Positions 51,354-60,733 are shown, counted from the stretch's first letter. The stretch is DNA of 64,000 bases from Candidatus Saccharimonadota bacterium (GCA_017406775.1 JAFQXV010000014.1:22962-86961); one strand, 5' to 3'. The notes: generated by a model from the sequence alone, not told the origin. Numbers and translations are program-made.

Positions 51354-51465
51354 ATCAAAATTATACCACATACCCCTATTTATTACCACTTAAAATTGAC
51401 TAGAAACAGGAAATATGCTATAATTAATATTACTATTCGTTTTCGTTTTGTAAGGGGTGAGATAA

Positions 51466-51825
51466 TTGCAAAAACCGCACGAACGTACTTTGAAAATGAT
51501 GGAAAACTATGTCAGACTACACGAAGAAGGGAGGAGTGTCTCAGAGATTGCCAAACTATACGGCCTGAGCGCCAGTACAGTGTACGGCCGTCTGGCTGAG
51601 ATCGCAAACAAGGCAGGAGTGTCCAGAGAGTCTCTTCTGGAAAAGCCTTTCACGGCGAATCACTCTGGACGTAACTTTACACCCGTTAAGCCGGTCAATA
51701 CTACGGAGCTCGAGAGGCGCTTTAATGAGGTTCTAGATAACCTCAAAAAAGTGCGTGCGGAGCTCAGTCTGTGCATCGCTAAGCAAGAAGAAAACGCAAA
51801 AATTCTGACCATCAGGAAGGAGTAG
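51466..51825 (+). CDS. Helix-turn-helix protein with coiled-coil tail
   Basis: LHEEGRSVSEIAKLYGLSASTVYGRL; start codon uncertain; GC-rich. Confidence 0.7.
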   Translation: MQKPHERTLKMMENYVRLHEEGRSVSEIAKLYGLSASTVYGRLAEIANKAGVSRESLLEKPFTANHSGRNFTPVKPVNTTELERRFNEVLDNLKKVRAELSLCIAKQEENAKILTIRKE

Positions 51826-51827
51826 GT

Positions 51828-52676
51828 ATGAATTTTCGCACTGCCACCAGTAGAAAGATCAAAACCCTCATCAAACAAGGGTTTACGAACGAAGAACTCT
51901 GCGAACGCTTTGAATGTACGGAGGAGGAGCTAGAAGGACATATCCGCCTACTGTTTAAGACTGGCGCCGACGGTGTTTTAAGGGATTTAGGCGCTAATCG
52001 CAAGAAGGCGCGCCCTAAGCTTCGCGAAGAAGCGAGCAATCTTTCAGAGCAGTCTGAACTGGAATCTAATTCTGAGTCAGAACCTGAATGCGTGGTCGTA
52101 CCTACTTTGGTACAAGAGTCACCTACTAAGCCAACTCTTGACGAACTCATTCAGAAAGAGCATGCCCTAAGTAATGACGTAATATCTCTAGAGGTTACCC
52201 ATACGGAACTGACCGGAAAGCACCGTGTCATCATAAAACGACTTCGTGAGATTGACGACGAACTAGAAGGGCTCGAGCGGCAGACTCAATCCTGTCGCGA
52301 CCGCGCCACTCAGCTAGACACCCAGGCAAACGAAATCGTCACCGAGATGAACGATATCTCAGATCAGCGCCACACCAAGCTCGCGGAGCTCGATACGGTT
52401 CGCAAAAAGATCGAAGAGATGAGTACCGTATCAATCTACGTCTTCTCAGACGGTCGCATTGGTGCTCCGGACAATCCAGACTTTATCCTGGAGGATGAGG
52501 GATACCAGGTCCTAAAGGATGAGCTCCTCACGCGTGAGGAATGCCTGGATCTTCGGGTGCGAGATATTGTCACGCTAGCCCGTCTCAAGATCATTAGCGA
52601 AAAAGCCACAAAGTTTTCGCTGGTTTTCGAGGATCAGTCTCTAGAATCTGTCTATACTATGCTCTTTGTAGAGTAG
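51828..52676 (+). CDS. Coiled-coil hypothetical protein, possible N-terminal HTH
   Basis: GFTNEELCERFECTEEEL; long heptad region; AAGGAG upstream. Confidence 0.7.
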   Translation: MNFRTATSRKIKTLIKQGFTNEELCERFECTEEELEGHIRLLFKTGADGVLRDLGANRKKARPKLREEASNLSEQSELESNSESEPECVVVPTLVQESPTKPTLDELIQKEHALSNDVISLEVTHTELTGKHRVIIKRLREIDDELEGLERQTQSCRDRATQLDTQANEIVTEMNDISDQRHTKLAELDTVRKKIEEMSTVSIYVFSDGRIGAPDNPDFILEDEGYQVLKDELLTREECLDLRVRDIVTLARLKIISEKATKFSLVFEDQSLESVYTMLFVE

Positions 52677-52696
52677 TAGACGACAAGCTTTTCATT

Positions 52697-52722
52697 AAAA
52701 GTGCCGCATCTGTGGCACTTTT
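52697..52722. terminator. Bidirectional intrinsic terminator
   Basis: AAAAGTGCC-GCATCTGT-GGCACTTTT between convergent genes. Confidence 0.7.
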
Positions 52723-52752
52723 TGTATCTAAAATATATCACCAAATGAATAA

Positions 52753-53184
52753 TTACTCGTGATGATACGGACCATTAATGGCGATTTGTGAAGCTCTGTA
52801 AACCTGTTCAGCTACAACCAGCCTTGCAATCATATGAGGGAATACTAATTTAGAAAAACTCCATACAAAATCCGAACGTAAACGTACCTCATCTATAAAC
52901 CCATACGCTCCCCCAATCAAAATGACGATATTTTTTCCTTCCAAAAACACCTTTTCTAATCTCTGAGATAATTCAGGTGATGATATATTTTGTCCACGCT
53001 CATCACAGCAAATTACATAGTCATCACTTTTAAAAGGCCACTCCACCAATTTCCGTGCTAACTTCTCTTCCTCCAAAAAATCCCAGGTTATATCGTACGG
53101 TTTCCTCAGTCTTTTTTCGTATTCGGAGCAAGCCTCTGCACACCAACCAACATTCTTCTTTCCCCCAGCAATTATTTTTATCAT
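52753..53184 (-). CDS. rlmH: 23S rRNA (pseudouridine1915-N3)-methyltransferase
   Basis: CDERGQNISS, LIGGAYG, VFPHMIARLVVAEQVYRA..PYHH; start at ATG 53184. Confidence 0.95.
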   Translation of the reverse strand: MIKIIAGGKKNVGWCAEACSEYEKRLRKPYDITWDFLEEEKLARKLVEWPFKSDDYVICCDERGQNISSPELSQRLEKVFLEGKNIVILIGGAYGFIDEVRLRSDFVWSFSKLVFPHMIARLVVAEQVYRASQIAINGPYHHE

Positions 53185-53216
53185 GCAAAGATTATACCAT
53201 AACCTTTGCAAAAAAA

Positions 53217-53381
53217 TGGCTGGACCGGCAGGATTCGCACCGAGCTTTAGCGAGGTCCGAATCCTCGTTTTTACAGTTTTTTACATAAAAAAATGGCTGG
53301 ACCGGCAGGATTCGATTCGAAGAACGAATCCTCGCTTTTCCAGTGTATCTGAAAGAGACATGGCTGGACCGGCAGGATTCG
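53217..53381 (-). repeat. Tandem copies of tRNA-Gln 3' end
   Basis: TGGCTGGACCGGCAGGATTCG at 53217, 53294, 53361 (period 77, 67). Confidence 0.95.
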
Positions 53382-53435
53382 AACCTGCGAATGCTGGGAC
53401 CAAAACCCAGTGCCTTACCGCTTGGCGACGGTCCA
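53361..53435 (-). tRNA. tRNA-Gln(TTG)
   Basis: TGGACCG/CGGTCCA acceptor, CTGGG-TTTTGGT-CCCAG, GGTTCGAATCC, CCA. Confidence 0.97.
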
Positions 53436-53553
53436 ATATCAATTATTCTATCACAATCAGTCTGCCCCGTCAAAACTTCACAAAAGCAGGGAAAAATGAT
53501 ATAATATGCAATCATCCGTTAACCGTATCGATACTCAACCGAGAGGAGCAAAA

Positions 53554-53820
53554 ATGGATGTTGGTTCTTTAGATTGGGCAGAAACCAGGCTTGAGATTAT
53601 CCGTAATAAGTACATGCACTACGCCAAAAAGGCGGAAACAGAGCATACTACTATTAGGGAGGCCGCCGGGCGAGAAAATCTAGAAGGTATGCTTGAAGAG
53701 ATAGAGGATATAAGCAGCTACATTGCGGCATATCAAAAACAATACGACCGCTACAATACCATTCGAAATCTCGCCGAAGTCCTCGGCTGCGAACTTAACG
53801 AAGCTCGGCATGGTCATTAG
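53554..53820 (+). CDS. Small hypothetical protein
   Basis: GAGGAG SD before ATG 53554; helical 88 aa; hairpin GGCCCCGG/CCGGGGCC at 53827-53848. Confidence 0.6.
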   Translation: MDVGSLDWAETRLEIIRNKYMHYAKKAETEHTTIREAAGRENLEGMLEEIEDISSYIAAYQKQYDRYNTIRNLAEVLGCELNEARHGH

Positions 53821-53910
53821 CCCACCGGCCCCGGCACAGTCCGGGGCCATATCCTTTTATGAGACCTGATTCCTCTTGTGTTTTTCTCTAAAGTGTGCTA
53901 TAATTACTCT

Positions 53911-56103
53911 ATGGCTACCAAAAGGCGAAAATCAACAAGAAAGACCAAAAAGCGCACCAAAGAAGCGCCAGTAGAGTACGAGTTGCCGGGCGGTTTTTGG
54001 CGTCAAATTGCCGCAATTTTAATGATCGCCTTAGCATTATTTTGCGTGATTACTTGGTTTGGTCAAGGCGGCACTATCCTTAATAGTATCCATAAATTTA
54101 TTCTTAATGTTCTTGGTTTTGCTACTTATTTTATTCCAGTTCTTCTGGTTTATCTCGCTATTAAGAAACTTCGTACCGAAGACAATCGCCTTGCAGCCCC
54201 AGTCTACGTTGCTGGGTTTTTAATGATTATTTGGATATCCGGTATTGCTGCCATTTGGAAAAATGGCGGCGTTATTGGTGAGTGGCTTAATTCTCTAACC
54301 ACTAAAGTCTTAAGTCAAGGCGTAGTAATCTTTATCTATTTTATTCTAATTTTTATCACTACTGCATTCTTGCTCCAGCTTTCACCTGTAACCTTCTTTA
54401 AAGGAACCAAAAATTTAGTCAAACACGGCAACCGCGCGGATTTAGAAGAACCTAAAAAGAACAAAAAACTTGGCCAACTCGATATTAAAGTTAATTCAGG
54501 CGTTGGCCCAATCGAGCCTTCACCAAAAATTAATCGTATGGCAAAAGCTACGCCAAAGGCCGAGCCTGTTAAAGTGGAAGAAAAAGCTCTTGTGGCTGTC
54601 TCTGACCCAGACTGGAAAATGCCGTCTACTAACCTTCTTTCCAAGAAACAATCTCCAGCCGATGCTGGCAATATTCAACAAAATGCCTTCATTATTAAAA
54701 ATACTTTTGCCGAATTTGGCATAGATGTAGAAATGGAAGGTGCTAATGTCGGTCCTCGTGTTACACAATATACCTTGCGCGCCCCTGGTGGTATTAACTT
54801 AGCTAAAATTGCAGCTCGCGATAAAGAACTTGCCTATAAATTATCTGCTACTACGGTACGTATTGAGGCACCAATCCCAGGTACTCAATTAATCGGCGTG
54901 GAGGTGCCTAACACTAGATCTGCCTCCGTTTCATTACGCGGCATCATAGAATCAGACGAATGGCGTAAAAGCAACGGCCCGCTCACTTTTGCGGTAGGAA
55001 AAGATATTTCCGGTAAACCAGTTGTGGCTGATTTAGCTGATATGCGTCACTTACTAATCGCCGGTACTACTGGTTCTGGTAAGTCCGTCATGACGAATAC
55101 CCTAATCATGTCACTGCTTTATCGTAATTCACCCGCCGATATGCGTCTAATTATTGTAGATCCAAAACAGGTAGAAATGGTAGCATATAATAATATTCCA
55201 CACCTCTTAACTCCAGTAATTACCGATACTACTAAGGCTCTTTCTGCCATGAAATGGGCTGCTGGAGAAATGGATCGCCGGTACAAACTAATGGCCGAGG
55301 AAAAAGTCAAAAAGATTTCTGATTACAACAAAAAAATGCAGAAAAAATCTTCCGAAGATTCATCTACCACTGACGATGCCGAAAAAGATTCTAAGGGAGG
55401 CAAAATGCCATACATTGTTATCGTGATTGATGAAATGTCCGATCTTATGATGCAGGCTGGCAAGGAGCTAGAGCCTTTGATTGTGCGTATTGCCCAGCTT
55501 GGGCGTGCCGCAGGCATGCACCTGGTACTTGCCACCCAGAAACCAGTTGTAAAGGTTATTACTGGTCTTATTAAAGGAAATATTCCTTCCAGGATTGCTT
55601 TCCGTGTACTTACTTCGATGGAATCTCGTATTATTCTTGATCTGTCAGGTGCCGAAAAATTACTAGGTCAGGGTGATATGCTACTTTCCACCGAAGAAAC
55701 CCAAAACGGTCCAGAACGTATTCAGGGTGCCTGGACCCCAGACGAGGACATCGAAAAGGTTACCAACTTCTTACGTAGCCAGCGACCCGCTGATTACAAT
55801 GATGAGGTTATCGCTCAAACCGTAGCTATTAAAGGTATGGGTGGTGGTGGCGACATGGATGGCCTTGGTCGTACATTCGACCCTAATGATCCACTAGTAC
55901 GTAAAGCCGTAGAAATTTCTATTAATAATGGTAAATTCTCCACTGGTATGCTTCAGACTCGTCTCAGTAAAGGTCATGGTTGGGTTTCTGGTCTAGGTTT
56001 TTGGCTAGAAGATATTGGCGTAGTTGGCCCTGTTAATGGCAATAAACCTCGTGATCTTCATGTTACTTCCATGGAAGAATTCGACGAAATGGCCGGACTA
56101 TAA
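53911..56103 (+). CDS. ftsK: DNA translocase
   Basis: N-terminal TMs, GPRVTQY, RIEAPIPG, HLLIAGTTGSGKS, IDEMSDLM, ATQKP; start at ATG 53911. Confidence 0.97.
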   Translation: MATKRRKSTRKTKKRTKEAPVEYELPGGFWRQIAAILMIALALFCVITWFGQGGTILNSIHKFILNVLGFATYFIPVLLVYLAIKKLRTEDNRLAAPVYVAGFLMIIWISGIAAIWKNGGVIGEWLNSLTTKVLSQGVVIFIYFILIFITTAFLLQLSPVTFFKGTKNLVKHGNRADLEEPKKNKKLGQLDIKVNSGVGPIEPSPKINRMAKATPKAEPVKVEEKALVAVSDPDWKMPSTNLLSKKQSPADAGNIQQNAFIIKNTFAEFGIDVEMEGANVGPRVTQYTLRAPGGINLAKIAARDKELAYKLSATTVRIEAPIPGTQLIGVEVPNTRSASVSLRGIIESDEWRKSNGPLTFAVGKDISGKPVVADLADMRHLLIAGTTGSGKSVMTNTLIMSLLYRNSPADMRLIIVDPKQVEMVAYNNIPHLLTPVITDTTKALSAMKWAAGEMDRRYKLMAEEKVKKISDYNKKMQKKSSEDSSTTDDAEKDSKGGKMPYIVIVIDEMSDLMMQAGKELEPLIVRIAQLGRAAGMHLVLATQKPVVKVITGLIKGNIPSRIAFRVLTSMESRIILDLSGAEKLLGQGDMLLSTEETQNGPERIQGAWTPDEDIEKVTNFLRSQRPADYNDEVIAQTVAIKGMGGGGDMDGLGRTFDPNDPLVRKAVEISINNGKFSTGMLQTRLSKGHGWVSGLGFWLEDIGVVGPVNGNKPRDLHVTSMEEFDEMAGL

Positions 56104-56171
56104 AGCCCCACTCTTAAAAACCTCTTTTATTTATTGTAAAATTATGCTATAATCAATCCAATATTAGCTCA

Positions 56172-56213
56172 ACAGGTGTGTCAACCCGAGAGAAAACGGA
56201 GAACAGCACTTGT
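56172..56213 (+). promoter_or_regulatory. Possible S6:S18 autoregulatory leader hairpin
   Basis: ACAGGTGT/GCACTTGT stem enclosing AACCCG..CGG just before the rpsF SD. Confidence 0.4.
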
Positions 56214-56231
56214 TTTAACCAAAGGAGTTTT

Positions 56232-56597
56232 ATGAAAGACTATGAACTCACAGTCCTCTTTCATCCTGATTTAGAGATGAATCTGGAACCCGCCTTGGAT
56301 AAGGTCAAAAAAATCATTGAGACTAGTGGCGGCAAAATCACCAAGGAAAGCAACGAAGGCAAGAAGCACATTGCTTATACCATCAAAGGCCAAGATTTTG
56401 CTGTTTACTATTACATTGATTTATCCTTACCCGCAGAGGCGCCAGCTAAAATTTCCTCCACTTTCAATATTACGGATGAAATTTTACGCTACTTATTAGT
56501 TCGCGTAGATGGGCGTAAGGCTAAATTAGCTGCTCGTCGTGCGGCTGAAGCCCCCAAAGAAGAGGAAAAATCATCAACTGCAGAAAAAGGAGAATAG
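56232..56597 (+). CDS. rpsF: 30S ribosomal protein S6
   Basis: MKDYELTVLFHP, AYTIK, DEILRYLLVR; AAGGAG SD. Confidence 0.96.
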   Translation: MKDYELTVLFHPDLEMNLEPALDKVKKIIETSGGKITKESNEGKKHIAYTIKGQDFAVYYYIDLSLPAEAPAKISSTFNITDEILRYLLVRVDGRKAKLAARRAAEAPKEEEKSSTAEKGE

Positions 56598-56600
56598 ATA

Positions 56601-57050
56601 ATGCGCGGTTTTAGCAAAGCAATTATTACTGGTAATCTTACGCGTGATCCAGAACTTCGTACCACACCAAATGGTGCCTCTGTGTGTAGTTTCTCGGTAG
56701 CCGTAAATCGTACCTATCGTGATGCCAGCGGGGAACAAAAGGAAGACGTTTCCTTTATTGATTGTTCTGCTTGGGGCAAACTGGGTGAGATGATTAATCA
56801 ATACGCTAAGAAAGGTTCTGGCGTATTAGTATCAGGCCGCTTAGATCAACGCAGTTGGGAAGACAAGGCCACCGGTCAAAAACGCTCCCGCGTAGAAATA
56901 GTCGCAGAAGACTTTAATTTTACCGGTTCAGCTCGAGATAATGCTGGCGGCAGTTCTAGTAGCTTTAGTTCTGCTAACGATGCCGTAGATGCTGGCATGC
57001 CAGACGACATCCCAGACGAAGAAATCGACCTCAGTGATGTCCCATTTTAA
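56601..57050 (+). CDS. ssb: Single-stranded DNA-binding protein
   Basis: GNLTRDPELRTT, acidic tail DVPF. Confidence 0.98.
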   Translation: MRGFSKAIITGNLTRDPELRTTPNGASVCSFSVAVNRTYRDASGEQKEDVSFIDCSAWGKLGEMINQYAKKGSGVLVSGRLDQRSWEDKATGQKRSRVEIVAEDFNFTGSARDNAGGSSSSFSSANDAVDAGMPDDIPDEEIDLSDVPF

Positions 57051-57077
57051 TATAAATTTAACGAAGGAGAAAGATTC

Positions 57078-57275
57078 ATGAAAAAGATCAAAAGTGACCC
57101 AAATCTTTATTTCGATTATCGTGACGCAAAAACCTTACAACGATACATCGACGTTTACGGGCGTATTGAGCCAATCTCGAAAACTGGCCTATCCGCCAAG
57201 CAACAACGCCAACTAGCGGTAGCTATTAAGCGTGCTCGTCATTTAGCGCTTTTGCCATTTGTTTCTAATAGTTAA
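57078..57275 (+). CDS. rpsR: 30S ribosomal protein S18
   Basis: [31 protein letters not shown]. Confidence 0.97.
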   Translation: MKKIKSDPNLYFDYRDAKTLQRYIDVYGRIEPISKTGLSAKQQRQLAVAIKRARHLALLPFVSNS

Positions 57276-57284
57276 GGAGTGGAT

Positions 57285-57845
57285 ATGTACGGACCAACGG
57301 ATTTAAAGAAAAATACACTAATTACCCTAGATGGGCAGCCATACAAAGTAGTAGAGTATTCTCAAAAAGTCATGGGGCGTGGTGGTTCGATCGTTAATGT
57401 AAAAGTTAAGAATTTAATCACTGGCGCCTTGCTCCCGAAGACTTTTAAGGGCCAAGAAAAAATAGAACCTGCAGAAGTTACCACTAAAAAGGTTCAGTAT
57501 CTTTACAAGGATGATGCTAAGTTCTATTTTATGGACCCAGAAAGTTTTGAGCAATACGAGCTTACTTCTGATATGGTTGGCGATTCCAAAGATTTTATGA
57601 AGGACGGCGATGAAATGGAAATCCAGTTCTATAATGGCACCCCAATTAATCTCGTTCTACCTAAAAATATTTGGCTTACGGTAACCTATACAGAAACTGC
57701 CGTTAAGGGGGATACTTCAACTTCTGTCATGAAAGATGCAACTCTAGAAACTGGCGTAGTTATAAAAGTCCCAGCTTTTATTAAAGAAGGCGATATCGTA
57801 TCAGTGGATACAGAAACCTATGCATACCGTGAACGCAAAAAATAG
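57285..57845 (+). CDS. efp: Elongation factor P
   Basis: LYKDD..FYFMDPESFEQ, KGDT, ATLETG..VPAFIKEGD. Confidence 0.96.
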   Translation: MYGPTDLKKNTLITLDGQPYKVVEYSQKVMGRGGSIVNVKVKNLITGALLPKTFKGQEKIEPAEVTTKKVQYLYKDDAKFYFMDPESFEQYELTSDMVGDSKDFMKDGDEMEIQFYNGTPINLVLPKNIWLTVTYTETAVKGDTSTSVMKDATLETGVVIKVPAFIKEGDIVSVDTETYAYRERKK

Positions 57846-58488
57846 AGGTTATTACAAAATTGAAGGCGCCGCTCGCGCCTTTAATTTTGATTTTAGAGAT
57901 AAAACCGTTTTAGACATCGGTTCTTCTACCGGTGGTTTTACGGAATATGCCCTAGAACATGGCGCAAAAAAAGTCATCGCCATAGAAAAGGGAACTAATC
58001 AAATGATAAAACCACTTCGTTACGATAAGCGTATCGAACTTCACGAAAAAACCAACATCTTCTCAGTGGGAACACAAGATAGTTCCAATCGAGGGAATCC
58101 GGAGGCTGGCAAGCCGAGGACGAGCGCCGGCCGCCCGTGGCGACGGGCCGGCCGGACGCGGCCCGAGATGGAACTATCTTGTGTTCCAGACGTGATCGTT
58201 GCAGACGTTTCATTCATTAGTCTCAAAAAAGTTTTATTACACGCAAAATTCCACTTATCAAACCAAAAAACCACTTTCCTCGTTATGCTTAAACCCCAAT
58301 TCGAAGCTAGGCCAGATCAGCTCAGCAAGGGGATTGTTAAAAACGAAAAAATCCGCCGTGAAATTATCAAAGAATTTGAGCAATGGCTAAAACAAAATAA
58401 TTTTATCATCGTAAAAAAACGCGACAACAGCCTGGAGGGAAAACACGGCAATTTAGAAAGATTTTACTGGCTAAATTTGTCAAAGTAA
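57820..58488 (+). CDS. tlyA: TlyA-family rRNA methyltransferase (no S4 domain) with internal insertion
   Basis: LDIGSSTGGFT, DVSFISL, LKPQFE, GKHGNLE; start uncertain. Confidence 0.85.
   Translation: MHTVNAKNRGYYKIEGAARAFNFDFRDKTVLDIGSSTGGFTEYALEHGAKKVIAIEKGTNQMIKPLRYDKRIELHEKTNIFSVGTQDSSNRGNPEAGKPRTSAGRPWRRAGRTRPEMELSCVPDVIVADVSFISLKKVLLHAKFHLSNQKTTFLVMLKPQFEARPDQLSKGIVKNEKIRREIIKEFEQWLKQNNFIIVKKRDNSLEGKHGNLERFYWLNLSK
58069..58187 (+). repeat. In-frame palindromic insertion (family A) in tlyA
   Basis: Perfect 19-bp IR GGAACACAAGATAGTTCCA / TGGAACTATCTTGTGTTCC; core CGGAGGCT-GGCA-AGCCGAG and GCCCGT-GGCG-ACGGGC. Confidence 0.92.
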
Positions 58489-58535
58489 CGGTTTTTTAAT
58501 TGACATTTAATAAACATGAGCATATAATCATAAGT

Positions 58536-59582
58536 ATGAATTTATTGCATGGCGTGGGCGATTTCTTCTCTCTAGATATTGGGACGAAATCGATACGTAT
58601 TATTCAACTTTCTGGCGGAAGCCAGCGCGGGTGGACTCTTCAAAAGTTCGCATTTGTGCCGATTGATCAAAAACTCGCTCAAGACTCGTCCGAACTTGGT
58701 CGTAAACGTTTTGGTGAGGCTATTATGGGCGCCGTAGAACAAGCTGGGATAAAGACTAAAAACGTAGCCCTAGGCTTGCCAGCTGGTAAAACCTTTACTT
58801 CTATTGTAGAAACAGAGACATTGCCAGAAAAAGAACTTCGTAAAACTTTTCAATACGAAATGAGTAAATATGTTCCTATGGCTATGAGTGATGCTAAAGC
58901 AGACTTTATAATACTTGGCCCTAATCCTAGCGATCCAGCCAAAACCGAAGTGTTAGTTTCATCAGTAGCCAAAGATTATGCCGAATCCACTATGGAGATG
59001 ATTGAAAAAACTGGTCTTAACATTGTTGCTATGGAACCAGAGCCACTGGCGGCCGCCAGGGCACTGAATGTTCCGGGCGCCATTGACGCAACCATGGTAG
59101 TAGATTTTGGTGAACAATCCACCGACCTAGTTATTATATATAAAGACCGCCCTCGCCTAGTGCGCAGTATTCCAGGTGGACTTAGCGTATTGGACCGCGC
59201 CGTAGCGAGCGGATTAAATATTAGCAGCGAGCAAGCTCGTCAAATTATTTTTAAATTCGGCTTGGATCAAAACCAACTCAATGGTCAGATAACTTCTATT
59301 TTAAGTTCCTACCTAGATAATTTTGCTTCTGAACTAACCAAATCGGCCCGCTTTTTCCAGACTAAATACATTAACGGTAAAGTTGGTGGAATTGTTCTAT
59401 CTGGTTATGCGAGTATTATTCCTCTATTTGCAGAATATATCGAATCAAAAACCAATGTATCTACTATGCGTGGCAATCCATGGCAATTTGTTCGTACCAC
59501 CGCGGAGCAACAACGCGCCTTAATGAGTGTATCTGGCGAATTCGCCGTAGCAATTGGTTTATCCGAAAGGAGTAACGAGTAA
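58536..59582 (+). CDS. pilM: Type IV pilus assembly protein PilM
   Basis: LDIGTKSIR, VVDFG, LSGGY-like IVLSGY, VAIGLS; start at ATG 58536. Confidence 0.9.
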   Translation: MNLLHGVGDFFSLDIGTKSIRIIQLSGGSQRGWTLQKFAFVPIDQKLAQDSSELGRKRFGEAIMGAVEQAGIKTKNVALGLPAGKTFTSIVETETLPEKELRKTFQYEMSKYVPMAMSDAKADFIILGPNPSDPAKTEVLVSSVAKDYAESTMEMIEKTGLNIVAMEPEPLAAARALNVPGAIDATMVVDFGEQSTDLVIIYKDRPRLVRSIPGGLSVLDRAVASGLNISSEQARQIIFKFGLDQNQLNGQITSILSSYLDNFASELTKSARFFQTKYINGKVGGIVLSGYASIIPLFAEYIESKTNVSTMRGNPWQFVRTTAEQQRALMSVSGEFAVAIGLSERSNE

Positions 59583-60733
59583 TGGCAAAAGAAATCAACC
59601 TAGTACCAGACGTCAAAGCAGAAATGATCAAAACTCTTAAACTTAGGAATTTTATCTTTTTCCTTTGCATTGTTGTAACTGCTGCCAGTATCGGCGTTAC
59701 CGCAATTTTCTGGTTAACTGCAAGTGGTCAACAACTCGCAATTGATAGTAAGAAAAACACCATTGATAGTCTTTCTTCTAAAATCAATTTGTATGGCGAT
59801 CTTAATGATTTCCTCACTATCAAAGATCAACTTAATAAAATTAATACCTTAACCGAACAAAAGCAGGTCTTGTCACGTACTTTCAATATTTTATCTGCAA
59901 TCATTCCGGCGGCCGGAAATAATGATGACCAAATTACTATCTCAGAGTTAAACGTTAATCTTTCCGAAGAAAAACCTAGTTTTACCTTTGACGCACAGGC
60001 GGATGCCCGCAAAGAGCCATTTATCGACTACAACGTTCTGGACGCCTTCAAAAAAAGTATGCAATATATGCACTATGATTACGGTAGATACGTTGATAAA
60101 GAAGGTAATAATATTCCAGCTTATTGTATTATAGAATCTAATTCTGATGGTATGTTCAAAGATTCCAGCCGTGGTAGATATGCTTATTGGACTATCGACG
60201 CCGAAGGATGTAACCAAAATGAATCAACTGGTTATACTACGGAAACCTACGAAGGTCAAAACGTAGTTAAAATTTGGCGTACCCCACAGTTTACTGAATG
60301 GTATAAAGAAAACCCAACCGATGATCAGCCATCGATTAGTCTAGACGGTACAATCAAAAATGTTCCACATTTTAAGAGCTCGTGTATTACCTATTCTGGA
60401 AACAACAGTAAATCATCATCCAGTCCAGAATGGAGTGAGATTAATAGTTGTAAGCTAGTGCCCGAAGGTACAGAAGGGATTAGAATCAGTGATTCTTCTA
60501 ACGGCCGCGGTGCTTCTGGCGAACTTGTCCTTAGGTTTTCCGCAGTAATCGAATTTGCGCCGGAAGTATACAAATTCTCGAATTATCATATGGTAGCAAT
60601 CGGCCCATCCGGGCGTTATAATGTGACGGATTCCTATGTCCAGGTCCAAGCTATGTTCGGAGAAAGAGCTGCCGATTGTGCAAAAGATGACACTGCATGT
60701 AATTCAACAAATAATGGAGGCAACAATGGCTAA
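59582..60733 (+). CDS. PilN-like membrane protein with large extracytoplasmic domain
   Basis: EINLVP N-terminus, TM, coiled coil; position after pilM. Confidence 0.65.
   Translation: MAKEINLVPDVKAEMIKTLKLRNFIFFLCIVVTAASIGVTAIFWLTASGQQLAIDSKKNTIDSLSSKINLYGDLNDFLTIKDQLNKINTLTEQKQVLSRTFNILSAIIPAAGNNDDQITISELNVNLSEEKPSFTFDAQADARKEPFIDYNVLDAFKKSMQYMHYDYGRYVDKEGNNIPAYCIIESNSDGMFKDSSRGRYAYWTIDAEGCNQNESTGYTTETYEGQNVVKIWRTPQFTEWYKENPTDDQPSISLDGTIKNVPHFKSSCITYSGNNSKSSSSPEWSEINSCKLVPEGTEGIRISDSSNGRGASGELVLRFSAVIEFAPEVYKFSNYHMVAIGPSGRYNVTDSYVQVQAMFGERAADCAKDDTACNSTNNGGNNG

Noticed and set aside
51812-52150. Antisense 112-aa ORF and the many other short nested ORFs in the track
   Set aside because: Opposite or within well-supported genes, no motifs, no start signals
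53183-53572. ORF-track ORFs 53183-53572 and 53192-53515
   Set aside because: They overlap tRNA-Gln and its repeats; shadow ORFs
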